DNA of 31,237 nucleotides from Leptospirales bacterium (GTDB lineage Bacteria > Spirochaetota > Leptospiria > Turneriellales > JAOUFE01), in contig JBEQLE010000051.1 of assembly GCA_040326155.1 (NCBI GenBank), positions 1-31,237 of the forward strand, given 5' to 3'. The translations under genes and the position numbers were made by a program. The notes under the pieces are model-generated. The model was not told the DNA's origin and searched no databases. It was given only the letters and a program-made list of their open reading frames with translations. Positions 28,692 through 31,237 of this stretch are shown here, piece after piece (position 1 is the first letter of the stretch; every line of letters starts with the position of its first letter).

Positions 28692-28971
28692 GGGAAATCC
28701 CCAGGCAGGAATCTATGGTGGGGAATTTCAGACCAATTGGTAGACCAAAACGACCAGCCTTGCGACATAATGTGCCGTCGAATACCGAGGGGTTGGTGAA
28801 GAACGGGTGGGCGTTTACGCCCACGTGGTCGGAGCCAAGGGGGTTTGTGGTATTCAGGTTGGGTAATTTACAATCTCCCCCTTCCAAAACCGAAAAAGAA
28901 CCTCGAAGCGAGCAAAAAAACCGAAGGATTTCTTTGTAGCCTAACACCAGCTACAAAGAATTCTTCGTCAG
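28692..28971 (+). repeat. Right composite repeat: ~60-bp unit with 18-mer copy 4 (28717-28734), a 193-bp extra segment, and the 26-bp rlmB end
   Basis: Aligns to 26057-26142 if the segment between ACCAGC at 28753 and ACCAGC at 28946 is removed. Confidence 0.85.
28930..28960 (-). terminator. Hairpin overlapping the rlmB stop codon
   Basis: TTCTTTGTAGC-ctaacacca-GCTACAAAGAA (11-bp perfect stem, extendable); the + strand A-tract at 28914-28920 gives a U-tract on the minus strand. Confidence 0.55.
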
Positions 28972-29769
28972 CTCGTATAGAAATATTGCCGTAGCCACCG
29001 ATACATTGAGGCTGTCCATACTGGATGTCTGGGGGAGCTTCCACAAAAGGTCACATCTTTTTTCGACTAGATCTGAAAGACCTTTTTCTTCGGACCCCAT
29101 AACAAGAACGATTTTATCGTAATCTTTTATAGTGGATTGGGCCTGCTCAGAACGCAGAACTTCGCCTTGAAGTGACGTACCGATAACAAAAAAATCTTTA
29201 TCTCTGGCTTGGAATAAAAAGTTGGCGATTCCACCGACATGAAAAACAGGAAGTTTTACAAGAGCCCCCGCTGAAGATTTCATTGCAGCCTCCCCCGCCG
29301 GAGCAGCCCTTTTTTTCGGTATAACAAGCCCCTTTGCGCCAAAGGCAACCATAGAACGAGCAATCGCCCCGACATTGGCAGGGTCCAGGACCCCATCGAG
29401 AGCGACATAAATTCCCCCGTTTTGTTCCATCTGCTCAAAACCAAACTCGAGTAAGGAGGGAGCGCCCTGGCGCAGGAGCATTATACCCTGGTGATTTTTC
29501 TCTCCCCATAACGTAGAAAGCTCTTTAAACGATACTTTTTTTATGCGGATACCCGATTTATTCGCCCGGCGAAGAATTTTTTCAACTCGCCCATCATCCA
29601 TGCGCGAAACGTATACAATATCATCTTTATAAAACCCAGTTTCATCAACCAGAGTCGATACCGGATGGTACCCCGCAACTTTTTGAATTGTCTGGTCTTC
29701 TGATTTTGAATTACTATTAGGAGGGAAAGACATCGGTTTAAAGCTCTTTTTTCTGGAGACGGGCTCCAT
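28951..29769 (-). CDS. rlmB: TrmH/SpoU-family RNA 2'-O-methyltransferase, probably 23S rRNA Gm2251 RlmB; alternative start at 29733
   Basis: NHQGI, LDGVLDPANVGAIARS, KSSAGA, LVMGSEEKGL, DSLNVSVA; conserved position downstream of cysS. Confidence 0.88.
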   Translation of the reverse strand: MEPVSRKKSFKPMSFPPNSNSKSEDQTIQKVAGYHPVSTLVDETGFYKDDIVYVSRMDDGRVEKILRRANKSGIRIKKVSFKELSTLWGEKNHQGIMLLRQGAPSLLEFGFEQMEQNGGIYVALDGVLDPANVGAIARSMVAFGAKGLVIPKKRAAPAGEAAMKSSAGALVKLPVFHVGGIANFLFQARDKDFFVIGTSLQGEVLRSEQAQSTIKDYDKIVLVMGSEEKGLSDLVEKRCDLLWKLPQTSSMDSLNVSVATAIFLYELTKNSL

Positions 29770-31195
29770 CAGGGGAATCTAGAATGACATAACCGAGCGC
29801 GTCAACCCGGTCTCTCAATTGGTCAGACAGAGCGTAATCTTTATTTTTACGCGCCTCTACCCTCTGTTCTAAAAGCGAGTTCACCTCATCAGGAATATCG
29901 GACTCTCCGGTAGCTTCAATTTCTCCCGAATATGATAAAATATTAATAACGGTATCCATTTTCAAGAATGCCTTCTGAACCGTTGTAAAGCTTTCTTTGG
30001 AGAGCGCGTCCCCATTGGCGTCAAAATAGGCGTTGGTCTGCCGAATAGCTTCATGAAAAACAGCAAGGGCTCTGGGAGTATTTAAATCATCTTTGAGTTC
30101 TTTTATAAAATCTTCAACCCACCCGGAAGAATTTTTGGCCAGATCACTTTCAAAACCTGTTTTATCTGGCGAGTCGGTTATGGTAATTTTCAAAAGGCGA
30201 TTATAAAAATTCCAGATACGTCGAATTGTCTGTCGGGTCTGGGCTAAAGCCTCCAGAGTAAAATTGAGTTTTTGACGATAATGAGATGAAAATAAAAAAT
30301 ACCGAAGAGTAGCAGGATGAAACCCTTTCTCCATAACATCACGTAAGGTAAAAAAGTTCCCTTTCGATTTAGACATTTTACGACCATCCACAAGAAGATG
30401 CTCACAATGCATCCAGTACTGAACAAACGATTCACCATAAGCGTTCAAACTTTGGGCAATTTCATTCTCGTGGTGTGGAAATAAAAGATCAATACCCCCG
30501 GTGTGAATATCGATGGGCCCCTGAAATATTTCATGTATCATTGCTGAACACTCCAGGTGCCAACCGGGACGTCCTGTTCCTAGTTCAGTGCTCCAGGCTA
30601 TTTTTTCATGCCCTTTTTCACCTTTCCAGAGAACAAAGTCACGAATATCTTCTTTCGTGTATTCATCGGCATTATAACGAGTCCCGCTTTTAACCGAAGA
30701 TAGATCAATTCCAGAAAGCTTTCCATAGTCAGAAAATTTTGTTATGGAAAAATAGACCGAATCATCCTGTTTATAAGCATATTTACTTTTTAAAAGCCTT
30801 TGAGTTAAATCGACCATGGAGTCAATATAATCTGTCGCCCGAGGGAAGTGTTCGACTTTATCAATACCAAGAATTTTCATGTCCTGGAAGAAAAATTCAA
30901 TATAATGGTCAGTTAGACGCCTTAAATCGCCAATTTCGGGGTCCGAATTAGATTCCTGGGTTTTGCGGATAGTTTTATCGTCAACATCCGTAATATTCAT
31001 CGCCTGTTCTATCGTATAACCGCCCAAACTAAGTGAGCGGCGTAAAATGTCCGTAAATATGTAAGTTCGAAAGTTACCAATATGAGCCAGGTCATAAACC
31101 GTAGGACCACAAGAGTAAATTGTGACTTTATTTCCCGATTTGGGTGTAAAATCTTCAAGTTGTTTGGTGTAAGAGTTGTAAAACCGAAAGCTCAT
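29738..31195 (-). CDS. cysS: Cysteine--tRNA ligase
   Basis: CGPTVY, HIGN, NITDVDDK, DFVLWK, GRPGWHLECSAM, DIHTGGIDLLFPHHENEIAQS, KMSKS. Confidence 0.98.
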   Translation of the reverse strand: MSFRFYNSYTKQLEDFTPKSGNKVTIYSCGPTVYDLAHIGNFRTYIFTDILRRSLSLGGYTIEQAMNITDVDDKTIRKTQESNSDPEIGDLRRLTDHYIEFFFQDMKILGIDKVEHFPRATDYIDSMVDLTQRLLKSKYAYKQDDSVYFSITKFSDYGKLSGIDLSSVKSGTRYNADEYTKEDIRDFVLWKGEKGHEKIAWSTELGTGRPGWHLECSAMIHEIFQGPIDIHTGGIDLLFPHHENEIAQSLNAYGESFVQYWMHCEHLLVDGRKMSKSKGNFFTLRDVMEKGFHPATLRYFLFSSHYRQKLNFTLEALAQTRQTIRRIWNFYNRLLKITITDSPDKTGFESDLAKNSSGWVEDFIKELKDDLNTPRALAVFHEAIRQTNAYFDANGDALSKESFTTVQKAFLKMDTVINILSYSGEIEATGESDIPDEVNSLLEQRVEARKNKDYALSDQLRDRVDALGYVILDSPDGARLQKKEL

Positions 31196-31215
31196 TTTAG
31201 TATGATTAAAAAAAT

Positions 31216-31237
31216 TCGGGCTGACTGGATTTGAACC
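31216..31237 (-). tRNA. 3' end (T-arm plus acceptor strand) of a tRNA, probably tRNA-Pro; truncated by the window edge; CCA not encoded
   Basis: Minus strand GGTTCAAATCCAGTCAGCCCGA: T-loop TTCAAAT; acceptor ending CCG plus discriminator A is typical of bacterial tRNA-Pro. The anticodon is outside the window. Confidence 0.75.

Larger units (their letters stand above)
26143..28945. mobile_element. Putative small genomic islet at the rlmB 3' end, carrying higBA and a PNPOx-family gene; no integrase present
   Basis: Flanking exact 26-bp direct repeat, visibly AT-richer coding sequence, TA cargo. Confidence 0.6.

Noticed and set aside
6334..28734. CRISPR array built from the GGGGAATTTCAGAC motif, whose end resembles some CRISPR repeat termini
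   Set aside because: Copies are kilobases apart with no regular repeat-spacer period, and there are no cas genes.
28795..28830. IS200/IS605 (TnpB) right-end hairpin
   Set aside because: No tnpA or tnpB remnant, and no convincing guide and cleavage tetranucleotide arrangement.
28493..28947. Overlapping short ORFs (64-87 aa) upstream of higB
   Set aside because: They overlap a promoter and repeat or hairpin DNA on both strands and have no protein-like motifs.
29738..29769. Meaningful 32-nt cysS/rlmB overlap
   Set aside because: An in-frame ATG at 29733, 4 nt past the cysS stop, gives an ordinary operon arrangement.

Overview
Bacterial chromosomal window, moderately AT-rich. A DUF3996-like outer-membrane protein and a divergent HolB hint at Spirochaetota, but that is inference only. 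Housekeeping genes are ilvE, a holB-like gene, cysS-rlmB, the 3' end of a tRNA-Pro and a fused ATP-dependent 5-oxoprolinase/hydantoinase. Four accessory items stand out. (1) A 985-aa secreted mosaic protein with Ig-like, ZU5-like and DUF4157-like HExxH domains, two Cys-rich repeats and three 61-aa repeats. (2) A cluster of two tandem cobalamin-dependent radical SAM paralogues, an SDR, an MMPL/RND transporter and an unannotated third rSAM copy wrecked by a frameshift and an internal deletion; this is a candidate uncharacterised lipid or small-molecule tailoring and export system. (3) A ~2.5-2.8 kb island carrying HigB, HigA-HTH-ImmA/IrrE peptidase and a PNPOx-family gene, bracketed by an exact 26-bp duplication of the rlmB 3' end. 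(4) An 18-mer, GGTGGGGAATTTCAGACC, that recurs exactly four times, each outside supported genes, plus variants. Also found: an unlisted 53-aa membrane ORF and a probable second gene fused in-frame to the oxoprolinase C-terminus. No CRISPR array, integrase or transposase is visible. All family calls come from motif recognition by eye, not from database searches.
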